A DNA stretch of 64,000 nucleotides from Candidatus Omnitrophota bacterium (GTDB lineage: Bacteria > Omnitrophota > Gorgyraeia > Duberdicusellales > Duberdicusellaceae), in NCBI GenBank assembly GCA_015486615.1, contig WFRI01000090.1:1608-65607 (forward strand). Direction: 5' to 3'. Each line of letters starts with the position of its first letter. Within the stretch, counting starts at the first letter, position 1. Position numbers and translations under genes: made by a program. A model generated the notes under the pieces. It was given only the letters and a program-made list of their open reading frames with translations, made no database searches and had not been told where the DNA came from. This document shows positions 10,078 through 19,100 of this stretch, piece after piece.

Positions 10078-11122
10078 AAAACTGCCTCAAAAACTTTTTA
10101 TGGTTAGAAAAAAACAAACGGATATCGCTGATTCCGTATTTAAGCATTGCTATTCTTTCTACTCCCATGCCAAAAGCAAACCCCTGGAATTTTGCGGGGT
10201 TAATCTTTACTGCCCTTAAAACATTGGGATGAATCATTCCACAGCCTAAAATCTCCAGCCAGCCGCTGTGTTTACATACAGGACAGCCTTTTCCTGAACA
10301 GAGCAAACAGGATATATCCACCTCTGCCGAAGGTTCAGTAAATGGAAAGAAGTGCGGCCTAAACCGCAAACGGGTATCAGCAGAAAAAACCCTGCGGCCA
10401 AATTCCACAAGCACGCCTTTTAAGTGGGAAAAATTAATCTCCCTGTCCACTGCAAAACCTTCAATCTGGTGAAACATAAACGAATGCGAAGCATCAACAT
10501 TGTCCGGCCGGTAAACTTTTCCCGGCACAACAACCGCTAAAGGCGGTTTTCTTTTTTCCATAATTCTTATCTGCGAAGGCGAAGTATGACTGCGCAGGAG
10601 GTATCTGCCCTGAGTCCTATCTGCAGGGAGCTGCAAATAAAAAGTATCAAAAGCATCCCGCGATGGATGGTCCAAAGGAATATTTAACGCCTGAAAATTA
10701 TATTTCTCAGTTTCAATCTCACTGCCCTGCTGAACCTCAAAACCCAAATCTTCAAAAACCCGGCAAATCTCATTGATAACATTTGTTAAAGGATGGCTGC
10801 CGGCAATTTCTACAGGAAAACCCGGCAAACTAATATCTATACCCTGTTCCTGTTTTTGCAGACTTTTTTGCTTCTCCTCTAAAAGGCTGAAAATTTCCTT
10901 TTTTACGCTGTTTAAAGTTTTGCCGGCTAAAGGTCTCTGCTCCGGGGCAAGCGAAGCAATACTTTGAGAAGCATTTGCCAGGAAGGATTTTCTGCCTAAA
11001 AACCGCGTCTGCAAATCCCGAATCTGCTGGATAGTCTGGACAGAATTTATTGCTTGTCTTGCCTGTTCTGAAATTTCTTTTAATTTATTCAGCATTTTTC
11101 CTGCCTCCCTTGGCCAAAACAA
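10067..11122 (-). CDS. pheS: Phenylalanine--tRNA ligase alpha subunit
   Basis: FTEPSAEVD and GWLEILGCGMIHPNV class II aaRS motifs; overlaps pheT by 11 nt. Confidence 0.9.
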   Translation of the reverse strand: MFWPREAGKMLNKLKEISEQARQAINSVQTIQQIRDLQTRFLGRKSFLANASQSIASLAPEQRPLAGKTLNSVKKEIFSLLEEKQKSLQKQEQGIDISLPGFPVEIAGSHPLTNVINEICRVFEDLGFEVQQGSEIETEKYNFQALNIPLDHPSRDAFDTFYLQLPADRTQGRYLLRSHTSPSQIRIMEKRKPPLAVVVPGKVYRPDNVDASHSFMFHQIEGFAVDREINFSHLKGVLVEFGRRVFSADTRLRFRPHFFPFTEPSAEVDISCLLCSGKGCPVCKHSGWLEILGCGMIHPNVLRAVKINPAKFQGFAFGMGVERIAMLKYGISDIRLFFSNHKKFLRQFYEV

Positions 11123-11573
11123 ATATTAAGGCGCAGGCAAGAAAAGAAGCAAAAAGCACCAGGGCAGTATTTTTTTCCCGGAGCAAGACTTTATCTGCAA
11201 ACCTGCAGCCAGGTTTTACCCGCTCAATCACTTTGGCTGTTACTACCGGGCCTGTATTTTTCTTAAAGTCCCGGGTTAATATCCCCTTTACTTCAATTGT
11301 ATCACCGATTGTATTATACCCGCCTTTATATTTTACCGGGGGTATCTTCACCCCTTTGGGTGCCCATACGCTAACCAGCCTGTCTTTAACCAATAAATTT
11401 ATCCAGGAACCTTTGGCCCTGGAGAAAATGTCTAAGACCTCCCCGGAAAATGAGATTTCCCTGGGAATTACTGCCTTGCTCTTACCGAAAATCGGCGCAG
11501 GAAAAGAAGAAGACATAGGCAAAAGGAATACTCCTAATAAAACCAGCGAAAATATATATTTTGGCTTAAACAT
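11085..11573 (-). CDS. Hypothetical secreted/membrane-anchored protein
   Basis: The likely start is the internal MFKPKYIFSLVLLGVFLL (signal-peptide-like), whose ATG overlaps the trkH stop. It has a C-terminal hydrophobic segment. Confidence 0.35.
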   Translation of the reverse strand: MFKPKYIFSLVLLGVFLLPMSSSFPAPIFGKSKAVIPREISFSGEVLDIFSRAKGSWINLLVKDRLVSVWAPKGVKIPPVKYKGGYNTIGDTIEVKGILTRDFKKNTGPVVTAKVIERVKPGCRFADKVLLREKNTALVLFASFLACALIFVLAKGGRKNAE

Positions 11574-13069
11574 TATCTCCTGCGGAAAACCGAAATTAAA
11601 AGCCCTAAAGAAATCACTACAGCCACGAATTCCAGCCGGCCCAGCCACATCTGGATAATATAAGTTATTTTTAATCCTGCAGGCATAGCCGGGCAGGTAA
11701 TCCCCAAAGACAGGCCTACATTTGCCGCGGCTGAAGTAGATTCAAACAAAGCCGGCAGGAATTTATATCCATAAAACATCCCAATAATCCCCCCGGCTAA
11801 ATAACTTAACAAATAAAGAAGAAAAATAAAAAATGCTGCCTTGATTCTTTTGTCGTCTAAAACGGCATCTGAAAGATGGTGGTATTTTGCCGCAAGTCTG
11901 GCATTAGAAGGATATATTTTCTCCCGTATCTCCCAGACAACTCCCTTAAACAAAAAAGCCAAACGCATAAGTTTTATTCCGCCGGTTGTAGAACACACTC
12001 CGCCGCCAATAGCCATAGCAATGATTAAAACCACCAGCCCTCCCTGAGGCCAGGAATCAAGCCATCCGGGGTATAAATTACTGAACCCGCAGCCGCTGTG
12101 AGCAGAAATTAACTGGTATATTCCCTGCCTAAACCCCTCGCTTAGGCTTAAATGGCCAAGATTTACCAAAAACACAGTCATTAAAACGGTTAGAGTGGTA
12201 AACGAAAAAAAGAAAGCCCGCATCTCTATATTTTGCCAGGCTTCTTTTTTCTTCCTCAGCCACAGATAATAATGCAGGTTAAAATTCAAAGAGCCTAAAA
12301 ACATCAAAACCAAAGTAGCAATTTCCAGAGCAAAACTGTGATAATAAAAAATCCCGCCAGAGCGGGGAGTAAAACCTCCAGTATCAAACCCGGCCATAAA
12401 CAGAAAAACTCCGTGCAAAACAGATTTAAGCAAAGGCACTCCCTGCCAGAAAAGAATTCCTGCCAAAACCGCTGTACCTAAAATTAAATACACAAAACTT
12501 ACTGCCCAGATAAACCGCGCCGTGTCTATAACATTAGGCAGAATTTTTTCGTCCCTGGCCTCGCCCCAATACAAGCCCACAGCCGTAGAAGTAGCCTTAA
12601 TCAAAAAAGACAAAGCAATAATCACTATACCCTGGCCGCCTAAAAACATAGTCAAATGCCGCCAGGCATTGACTGAAAAAGACATATGGTCTATATCTCT
12701 GACTAAACTCAAACCCGTAGTAGCAAATCCGCTCATAGCCTCAAAAAAAGCATCTAAAAAACCGCCAAAATGCCCGGACATCCACAAAGGCAAAGCGCCG
12801 AATAGAGAAGCCACCAGCCAGGACAAAGAAACAATTACAAAAGCCAAAGCCGGACGAATGTCTTTTTTTAACGGGAACACTATCATTAACAAAAAACCTG
12901 CCAGCCCAGTAAAAGAAAGCGACAAGAGAAAATCCCAAAAAGGCTTTTGCTCTCTCAAGGCAAAAGCAATCACTAAAGGGATAACCATAGCCAGAGTTAA
13001 CCCCAATAAAAGCCTGCCTAAAATATGCAGGATACCAGCAAACTCTTCTTTATCCGGGGAAAAAATCAT
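11573..13069 (-). CDS. trkH: TrkH/KtrB-family potassium uptake membrane protein
   Basis: 498 aa, polytopic; GGVCSTTGGIK selectivity-filter-like repeats. Confidence 0.8.
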   Translation of the reverse strand: MIFSPDKEEFAGILHILGRLLLGLTLAMVIPLVIAFALREQKPFWDFLLSLSFTGLAGFLLMIVFPLKKDIRPALAFVIVSLSWLVASLFGALPLWMSGHFGGFLDAFFEAMSGFATTGLSLVRDIDHMSFSVNAWRHLTMFLGGQGIVIIALSFLIKATSTAVGLYWGEARDEKILPNVIDTARFIWAVSFVYLILGTAVLAGILFWQGVPLLKSVLHGVFLFMAGFDTGGFTPRSGGIFYYHSFALEIATLVLMFLGSLNFNLHYYLWLRKKKEAWQNIEMRAFFFSFTTLTVLMTVFLVNLGHLSLSEGFRQGIYQLISAHSGCGFSNLYPGWLDSWPQGGLVVLIIAMAIGGGVCSTTGGIKLMRLAFLFKGVVWEIREKIYPSNARLAAKYHHLSDAVLDDKRIKAAFFIFLLYLLSYLAGGIIGMFYGYKFLPALFESTSAAANVGLSLGITCPAMPAGLKITYIIQMWLGRLEFVAVVISLGLLISVFRRR

Positions 13070-13076
13070 TTTGCGG

Positions 13077-13175
13077 CTAAAAGATAAATGCGGTAATTAA
13101 TATCACCAGCCAGCCCCAAATCAAAAACGCCAGGCCAAAACTTACTTCCAGCAATATGCCCAAAAAGATTTTCAT
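13077..13175 (-). CDS. Unannotated 32-aa hydrophobic peptide (MKIFLGILLEVSFGLAFLIWGWLVILITAFIF)
   Basis: Its ATG overlaps the trkA stop (ATGA), and its stop lies 6 nt before the trkH ATG. It has a single predicted TM helix. It is too short for the ORF track. Confidence 0.4.
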   Translation of the reverse strand: MKIFLGILLEVSFGLAFLIWGWLVILITAFIF

Positions 13176-13834
13176 AATTTCCCTACTAACAAGTCAATCA
13201 AGTCTTTTTCTTTGTCTATGCTGGTCAAAGCAATTATTTCGTCCCCGGAAGAAATCTTCGTATCTCCGCGGGGGATAATTACATCCGCAGCCCTTAATAT
13301 AGACACAAGCACAGAATCCTGCGGCAGTTTAATATCTTTTATAAGTTTATTAATCACCGGCGAATTTTCCGGTATATCCACCCGGACAATGGACAAACGG
13401 CCTCTTTTAATGCTTAACAAGTTGATAAAATCCGTAAAAGAAGCCTCTTCTTCCACTACTCTGGCTAAAATAGAAGTGGAATCAATGGGCACATCTATGC
13501 CTAAAGATGAAAAGACTTTAATATTCTGCGGGTTGTTAACTTTAGCGATTGTCCGTTTAACCCCGAAAACTTCCCTGGCAATCTGGCAGATAACTATATT
13601 GTCTTCATCCTGCGGGGTCAAAGCTACAACAACATCAGCCTTGCCAGCCCGGGCATTTTTCAAAACATCCGGCCGGCTGCCGTCACCCTGCAGCACAGTC
13701 AGTGAAGAATTCTGTGCAACCTCACCACACACAGCAGGGTTCTTCTCCACCAAAGCCACAATGTGGCTGTCAGCGGTTAACTTTTTGGAGAGAAAAAAAC
13801 CAACTTTGCCTGCTCCTACAATTATAATATACAT
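13172..13834 (-). CDS. trkA: TrkA/KtrA potassium uptake regulatory protein (TrkA-N plus TrkA-C)
   Basis: MYIIIVGAGKVG Rossmann motif and a C-terminal TrkA-C fold. Confidence 0.8.
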   Translation of the reverse strand: MYIIIVGAGKVGFFLSKKLTADSHIVALVEKNPAVCGEVAQNSSLTVLQGDGSRPDVLKNARAGKADVVVALTPQDEDNIVICQIAREVFGVKRTIAKVNNPQNIKVFSSLGIDVPIDSTSILARVVEEEASFTDFINLLSIKRGRLSIVRVDIPENSPVINKLIKDIKLPQDSVLVSILRAADVIIPRGDTKISSGDEIIALTSIDKEKDLIDLLVGKL

Positions 13835-14217
13835 TTTTTAAATTCGCCTAAAAACAAATTGCTGCGGTTGATAACAGTAATTCCCTTATTTTTGACTAAA
13901 ACGGTTTTGCTGTCGTCGTAAACCTGAATAACTATTTTTTTAACCTTAAAAATCTTCTGCGCTATCTGGGCAGCAACTAAGTTTAAATTGTCATTACCGG
14001 TAACCCCGTAAACCGCATCGGCCTGCTGAAGGTTTGCTTTGTCTAAAACTTCTAAACTAAGGCCTTCACCCTGCAAAGCAATACCGTTAAACCGGTCAGA
14101 CAAAACGTTTAAAGCCCGCGGGTTTCTGTCCACCACCACGATATTGTGCCGCTGGGAAGAAAACTCCTCAGCCAAACGGCTGCCTAATTTTCCACAGCCA
14201 ATAATAACAATATACAT
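13822..14217 (-). CDS. TrkA-N (NAD-binding) domain protein, short
   Basis: MYIVIIGCGKLGSRLA Rossmann motif; 131 aa with no TrkA-C domain. Confidence 0.65.
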   Translation of the reverse strand: MYIVIIGCGKLGSRLAEEFSSQRHNIVVVDRNPRALNVLSDRFNGIALQGEGLSLEVLDKANLQQADAVYGVTGNDNLNLVAAQIAQKIFKVKKIVIQVYDDSKTVLVKNKGITVINRSNLFLGEFKKCIL

Positions 14218-14220
14218 TAC

Positions 14221-14571
14221 TCAGACTTTTTTTGCAGTTTCTGCCAACTTATCAAAAACTTCCGGCTCTTCCACTGCTATCTGGGCTAAAATATCCCGGG
14301 AAATCTCAACCTTGGCTTTTTTCAGCCCAGCAATAAATTCCCGGTAAGTCAAGCCGCGTTCTCTGGCCGCAGCATTAACCCGCATTATCCACAAGGACCT
14401 ATACTGGCGTTTCTTCTGTTTTCTGTGCTGGTAAGCATAAGTCAACCCTTTAGTTAAAGTTTCCTTGGCCCGGCGTAAACGTTTAGAACGTTCGCCCCTT
14501 GCGCCTTTTACCTGTTTTAAGACTTTTTTCCTCCTTTGTCTGGATGCTACAGCATTTCTTGCTCTGGCCAT
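14221..14571 (-). CDS. rplT: 50S ribosomal protein L20
   Basis: MARARNAVASRQRRKKVLK...YAYQHRKQKKR. Confidence 0.95.
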   Translation of the reverse strand: MARARNAVASRQRRKKVLKQVKGARGERSKRLRRAKETLTKGLTYAYQHRKQKKRQYRSLWIMRVNAAARERGLTYREFIAGLKKAKVEISRDILAQIAVEEPEVFDKLAETAKKV

Positions 14572-14630
14572 TGATTTACCCTCCTGTTTTCTCCAACTGC
14601 CCCATTGCCCGGCAGCAGATTAATTTAATC

Positions 14631-14837
14631 TTAAGCGCCGTAAGGCAGGGCGCGTTTAACCATTTTCTTATAAGGACCTGCTATCTCTGTTGTTTTTCTA
14701 AGCCGCCTTTTTCTACTGGACGTTTTTGAAGACAACAGATGCGACTTGCCGGCTTTTTTTCTTAAAACTTTGCCGGTCCTGCTTATTTTAACCCGTTTTA
14801 ACAGGGATTTTTTTGTTTTAAGTTTCTTAACTGCCAT
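14631..14837 (-). CDS. rpmI: 50S ribosomal protein L35
   Basis: MAVKKLKTKKSLLKRVKISRTGKV; 68 aa. Confidence 0.9.
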   Translation of the reverse strand: MAVKKLKTKKSLLKRVKISRTGKVLRKKAGKSHLLSSKTSSRKRRLRKTTEIAGPYKKMVKRALPYGA

Positions 14838-14838
14838 C

Positions 14839-15354
14839 TCACTCCTTTCCCTTCGGCGACAAAACCATTACCAAATAACGACCTAACATCTGAGGTTGTT
14901 TGTCAATTTTTCCTATATCGTTTACATCCTGCGTTAATTTCTTAATAACAGCCTGCCCGATTTCCTTGTGAGCCATTTCCCGGCCTAAAAACAGCATTCT
15001 AATTCGGACTTTATCCCCCTTAGCCAGAAACTCTCTGGCCTTTTTAAGTTTAATCTGGTAATCATGCAGGCCTATATTAGGCCTAAGCCTTATTCCTTTA
15101 GTTCTTAGCCCCTTGCGGTGTTTTTTTGCTTCCCTTTCTTTTTTCTCCTGCTCATATTTATATTTGGAAAAATCCATAATCCGGCAAACCGGCGGGTTAA
15201 CCTGTGCGGCAACTTCTACTAAATCCAAATCATACTCTACAGCTTTAGCCAATCCTTCTTTCAAAGAAACAATACCTAACTGCTCACCTTCCGGACCGAT
15301 AAGCCTGATAGTAGATGCCCTAATTGCCCGGTTAATTCTCAACTGTTTAATAAT
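14839..15354 (-). CDS. infC: Translation initiation factor IF-3, probably initiating at an AUU codon
   Basis: The IF3 core is INRAIRASTIRLIGPEGEQLGIV...PPVCRIMDFSKY. The frame is open back to 15498 but has no ATG near the expected N-terminus. A strong SD (AGGAGGTG) lies 4 nt upstream of ATT ATT at 15354. Confidence 0.75.
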   Translation of the reverse strand: MIKQLRINRAIRASTIRLIGPEGEQLGIVSLKEGLAKAVEYDLDLVEVAAQVNPPVCRIMDFSKYKYEQEKKEREAKKHRKGLRTKGIRLRPNIGLHDYQIKLKKAREFLAKGDKVRIRMLFLGREMAHKEIGQAVIKKLTQDVNDIGKIDKQPQMLGRYLVMVLSPKGKE

Positions 15355-15462
15355 GCTCCACCTCCTGTTTAAATAAAATCTTAATTTCCCGAAGTTTACC
15401 CGTTTTCTTTTGGCAGGGAAATTCCGGTAAATTATGCCTACGCTAAAACCGGCCGCCATTAA

Positions 15463-15530
15463 AAAAACGCTGGCGCGTTTTTGGACACCTCGGGGCACAC
15501 TTTAAAAAATTAAAAATCAAAATGTTTGGA
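15463..15530 (+). repeat. Family-2 intergenic element, copy A
   Basis: AAAAACGCTGGCGCGTTTTT (perfect hairpin) followed by GGACACCTCGGGG and TTTAAA..ATCAAAATGT, shared with copies at 19033, 45297 and 61441. Confidence 0.7.
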
Positions 15531-15611
15531 CAATTCTTCAAATCTGCCAAATCTTATTGAAAAATTAAAATTGTAATATATCTTGAATCATTTTGAATTT
15601 TTACATTAATT

Positions 15612-17396
15612 TCAATATTTAGGAATCTGGCTTTCCTGCAATTCCTGCCGGAAAATGTTCAAAAATTCCGCTATCGGCATACTGCCTAAAACTTTCCTGC
15701 CAAAAGCCCGGACATTTATTTCCCCCGCTGCCTGTTCTTTTTTGCCTACGACGATTATATAAAACGCTTTTTCTTTCTCTGCGCTGCGAATCTTTTTAGA
15801 TAAGGTCTCTTCTTCATAAGACACCTCAACCCGCACAGAGTTCTTCTCTAACTCTCTTTTAATCTCTTCGGCATAAGGCAGAAAATCCCTGCTGACCGGC
15901 ACAACCTTTACCTGTAAAGGGCAGAGCCAAAGAGGAAACCGCGCCTTATAATGCTCAGTCAAAGTAGCAATAAACCTTTCCAAACTGCCCAAAATTACCC
16001 GGTGAACCATAACTGGCTGTTGTTTCCGGCCCTGCTCGTCTATATAATACAAACCAAAACGCTGAGGCAGAGAGAAATCCAGCTGCACAGTGGCGCACTG
16101 CCATTTGCGTCCTAAAGCATCCTCCAATTTTATGTCAATCTTCGGACCATAAAAAGCCCCTTCCTGCGGATTTACAGAAAATTGTATCTTCCCTTTTTTT
16201 AACACATTTTCTAATATAGCCTCAGCCTTATCCCATAAAGCGGCCTCGCCGATAAATTTCTCCGGCCGGGTGCTTAATTCCGCCTCAAACTTACCAAAAC
16301 CAAAAACCTGCATTGCTTCTTTGACAAACACCAAAACTTTTTCTATCTCTTCTTCTAACTGTCCGGGCCGGCAGAAAATATGGGCGTCGTCCTGAGTGAA
16401 CCCCCGTACTCTTAACAGGCCGTGCAGAACTCCGCTTTTCTCATACCTATATACTGTTCCTAACTCAAAAATCTTCAAAGGCAGGTCCCTATAACTGCGG
16501 ATTTTCGTTTTATAAATCAGCATATGGCCGGGGCAATTCATCGGCTTTACACAAAAATCGCCTTCCGGAGTATTTATCAAATACATATATTCCCGGTAAA
16601 AATCCAAATGCCCGCTCTTCTGCCACAGGCCTGCGGCCATAATCTGAGGTGTGTTGACCATAATATAGCCGCGCTTTAAATGCTCCTTTATTTCCCAGTC
16701 TTCAATTATCCTTTTTAACACTGCTCCGCGTTTCAAGTAAAAAACAAGTCCCGGGCCTGCTTGTTCCGGGAAAAAATCAAACAACTCAGTTTCAACTCCT
16801 AATTTTCTGTGATCCCGTTTCTTTGCTTCTTCTCTCGCCGCCAAATAACTTTCCAACTCTTTTTGGCTGAAAAACGCTGTCCCGTATATTCTCTGCATCA
16901 TAGGGTTTCCTTCTTTCCCCCGCCAATAAGCGCCGGACACCGTCAATAATCTAAAAGCCTTCACCTGTCCGGTATTGTTTATATGCGGCCCCCGGCATAA
17001 ATCCGAAAAACCTCCGTTGGAATAGAAAGAAACCTCTTTGTCTGGAATGTCCTTTAATAATTCCAATTTGAACGGTTCATCTTTCAATAATTCCCCTGCT
17101 TGTTCTTTAGAAAGAACTTTCTTTTCAAAAGGTTCGGCACGGTCAATAATCTCCTGCATTTTCCGGGAAATTTTTTCTAAATCATCGGGGCTAAAACCTT
17201 TCTCCCAAAGAAAATCGTAATAAAATCCCTCCTTAATTGCCGGCCCAATGCCTAACTTAACCTGCGGATAAAGTTCTTTTACGGACGCAGCCAAAATATG
17301 TGCGCAACTGTGCCTTAATGTTTCTAATGAAAAGGGGTTACTCATTATCGTCAGAAAAAATTGATTCGTCAAGCAAGCCTTCTCTCTGGAAAGCAT
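15612..17396 (-). CDS. thrS: Threonine--tRNA ligase (lacks the N-terminal TGS domain)
   Basis: HSCAHIL editing-domain motif, class II core and an anticodon-binding C-terminus. The start may be the internal MSNPF at 17345. Confidence 0.85.
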   Translation of the reverse strand: MLSREKACLTNQFFLTIMSNPFSLETLRHSCAHILAASVKELYPQVKLGIGPAIKEGFYYDFLWEKGFSPDDLEKISRKMQEIIDRAEPFEKKVLSKEQAGELLKDEPFKLELLKDIPDKEVSFYSNGGFSDLCRGPHINNTGQVKAFRLLTVSGAYWRGKEGNPMMQRIYGTAFFSQKELESYLAAREEAKKRDHRKLGVETELFDFFPEQAGPGLVFYLKRGAVLKRIIEDWEIKEHLKRGYIMVNTPQIMAAGLWQKSGHLDFYREYMYLINTPEGDFCVKPMNCPGHMLIYKTKIRSYRDLPLKIFELGTVYRYEKSGVLHGLLRVRGFTQDDAHIFCRPGQLEEEIEKVLVFVKEAMQVFGFGKFEAELSTRPEKFIGEAALWDKAEAILENVLKKGKIQFSVNPQEGAFYGPKIDIKLEDALGRKWQCATVQLDFSLPQRFGLYYIDEQGRKQQPVMVHRVILGSLERFIATLTEHYKARFPLWLCPLQVKVVPVSRDFLPYAEEIKRELEKNSVRVEVSYEEETLSKKIRSAEKEKAFYIIVVGKKEQAAGEINVRAFGRKVLGSMPIAEFLNIFRQELQESQIPKY

Positions 17397-18411
17397 TAAA
17401 AAACAAAGGATACATCCTCATTGAAGGCTTAAGGTATCCTAAAATTTTGCCGTTTTCATCCCGGCCTTTCTTACGAAATTTAAACAAATCCTGTAAAACT
17501 ATTTCTCCTCTTTCTGTACCCCGCACTTCTGAAATATAAGTAATATGCCGAGTTCCGTCATCAAATTTTTCCTGCTGGACAATTATGTTTATAGTATCCG
17601 CTATCATTCTGCGAATATCCGGCAGGGAAAGTTTTATCCCGCTGCTCAAAATTAAAGCCTCCAGCCGGGCTAAAACCTGCAAAGGCGAGTTGCCATGAAC
17701 AGCCGCCAGTGTCCCTTTGTGGCCGGTAGACATTGCCTGAATCATATCTAAAGACTCCGCCCCCCTGACTTCTCCGATAATCAGCCTGTCCGGCCGCATA
17801 CGCAGGGAATTGCGGATAAGGTCAGAAAGAGACACGCCTCCTTTACCCTGCTCGTCGGGATCTTTTGTCTCCAAAGAAATCAAATTGCTATGATGCAGTT
17901 TTAACTCCGCGGTATCCTCAATAGTAATTACCCTTTCCTGCTCCGGGATGTAGTAAGAAAGCATTTCCAAAGTCGTAGTCTTTCCGGTGCCTGTGCCTCC
18001 GGAAAAAATAATATTCAGTTTTCCTTTAATGCAGGCGATTAAAAAATCCGCAGCTTTGCGGCTAAGCGAACCCAACTTTACCAAATCGTCTAAGGAACGA
18101 ATATTTTGAGAGAACTTTCGGATAGTAACTGCAACCCCCTGCAGAACAGAAGGCGGAATTATCACATTAACCCGGGAGCCGTCTTCTAAACAAACATCCC
18201 CGTAAGGCCGGTTTTCATTTACCCTTTTTTCCCTTTTTGAAAAAATCTCATTAATCATAGATAAGATATCTTCATTGCCCGCAAACTTTATGTCGGTTAA
18301 GGTTTTAACCCCTCCCTTTTCTACAAATACCTTATCCGGCCCGTTAATCATAATTTCTGTAATATCGGGGTCCTCTAAAAGTTTATCTAAAATTTCTCTT
18401 GCAGCCGGCAT
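17338..18411 (-). CDS. cpaF: CpaF/TadA-family type IV (Tad) pilus secretion ATPase
   Basis: GGTGTGKTTTL Walker A, RPDRLIIGEVRG Walker B/Asp box, and a conserved His box. The start is trimmed to the internal MPAAREIL because the upstream frame overlaps tRNA-Val. Confidence 0.8.
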   Translation of the reverse strand: MPAAREILDKLLEDPDITEIMINGPDKVFVEKGGVKTLTDIKFAGNEDILSMINEIFSKREKRVNENRPYGDVCLEDGSRVNVIIPPSVLQGVAVTIRKFSQNIRSLDDLVKLGSLSRKAADFLIACIKGKLNIIFSGGTGTGKTTTLEMLSYYIPEQERVITIEDTAELKLHHSNLISLETKDPDEQGKGGVSLSDLIRNSLRMRPDRLIIGEVRGAESLDMIQAMSTGHKGTLAAVHGNSPLQVLARLEALILSSGIKLSLPDIRRMIADTINIIVQQEKFDDGTRHITYISEVRGTERGEIVLQDLFKFRKKGRDENGKILGYLKPSMRMYPLFFNAFQREGLLDESIFSDDNE

Positions 18412-18453
18412 ATACTCTTTGTCTTTCTTCTTTCGCCTTAGATAAATGCTGAC

Positions 18454-18527
18454 TGGGCGCAAGAGGAGTCGAACCTCTGGCCTCAACGATGTCAACGTTG
18501 CGCTCTAACCAACTGAGCTATGCGCCC
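18454..18527 (-). tRNA. tRNA-Val (anticodon GAC)
   Basis: Hand-folded cloverleaf: acceptor GGGCGCA/TGCGCCC, D-arm GCTC-AGTTGGTTA-GAGC, anticodon loop TTGACAT, T-arm AGAGG-TTCGACT-CCTCT. No CCA is encoded. Confidence 0.8.
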
Positions 18528-18582
18528 ATTTATACATATACGCATCTCGTTGTTAAGAAACCAGCGCAAAATAATTAAATAA

Positions 18583-18668
18583 TGCCGGGGAAGGGACTCG
18601 AACCCTTACGTTCCTCACGGAACATGGGATTTTAAGTCCCAGGCGTCTGCCAATTCCGCCACCCCGGC
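18583..18668 (-). tRNA. tRNA-Leu (anticodon TAA)
   Basis: Acceptor GCCGGGG/CCCCGGC, anticodon stem-loop TGGGA-CTTAAAA-TCCCA, long variable arm, T-arm TAAGGG-TTCGAGT-CCCTT. Confidence 0.8.
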
Positions 18669-18672
18669 ATTA

Positions 18673-18894
18673 TTATTTCTTCTTTTTTTTGCTGCTAACA
18701 AATTTAACCAGCCCCAAGCGGGCCTCTTCAATCGCTATAGTGATTGGCTTATCTTCATTAACTGCCCCATCCACAAGAGGCCTGCTCCCCGCATCTATTT
18801 CCTGCGCCCGCATGGCAATGCCTACAATTAATTTGTACAAAGACCCGCCGGCTTTATCTAATAATTCTTCCAAAGAAATATAACCCGTTTTCAT
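18673..18894 (-). CDS. rpoZ: DNA-directed RNA polymerase subunit omega
   Basis: YISLEELLDKAGGSLYKLIVGIAMRAQEI; lies downstream of gmk in a conserved arrangement. Confidence 0.75.
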   Translation of the reverse strand: MKTGYISLEELLDKAGGSLYKLIVGIAMRAQEIDAGSRPLVDGAVNEDKPITIAIEEARLGLVKFVSSKKKKK

Positions 18895-19032
18895 ATAGCC
18901 CCCTTGGTATAATTTTCATTAAAAACACTGCTTGAACTGGCTAAAATCAACATTATAACAAAATAACCAAATTCAAATATTCAAGCAAGAATACAGCAAT
19001 GTTTGATTATTACCACTACGCCTTTTTACCAG

Positions 19033-19100
19033 CACCCACCTCGGGGATGAAAAAATTCCACCCCCGAGAGGTTAAAAAGCGCGTCAGCGTTTTTTAAGTG
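19033..19100 (-). repeat. Family-2 intergenic element, copy B (inverted orientation, immediately after the gmk stop)
   Basis: The reverse complement reads AAAAAACGCTGACGCGCTTTTT-AACCTCTCGGGGGTGGAA..., and it adds a second hairpin CCTCGGGG/CCCCGAGG. Confidence 0.7.

Noticed and set aside
11050-11658. 202-aa plus-strand ORF
   Set aside because: It lies entirely antisense to pheS and the 11085-11573 gene, and its low-complexity product has no motifs. It is a shadow ORF.
12522-13100. 192-aa plus-strand ORF
   Set aside because: It is antisense to a well-supported trkH. Its Lys/Pro-rich composition is typical of reverse-strand artefacts.
13212-13841. 209-aa plus-strand ORF
   Set aside because: It is antisense to trkA, which has a clear Rossmann motif. 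It is a shadow ORF.
11123-17440. T-box leaders upstream of pheS and thrS
   Set aside because: Both aaRS genes are directly overlapped or abutted by upstream coding sequence. There is no leader of about 250 nt available.
18412-18495. N-terminal 28 codons of the cpaF frame
   Set aside because: It overlaps tRNA-Val on the same strand. The internal MPAARE start is taken.
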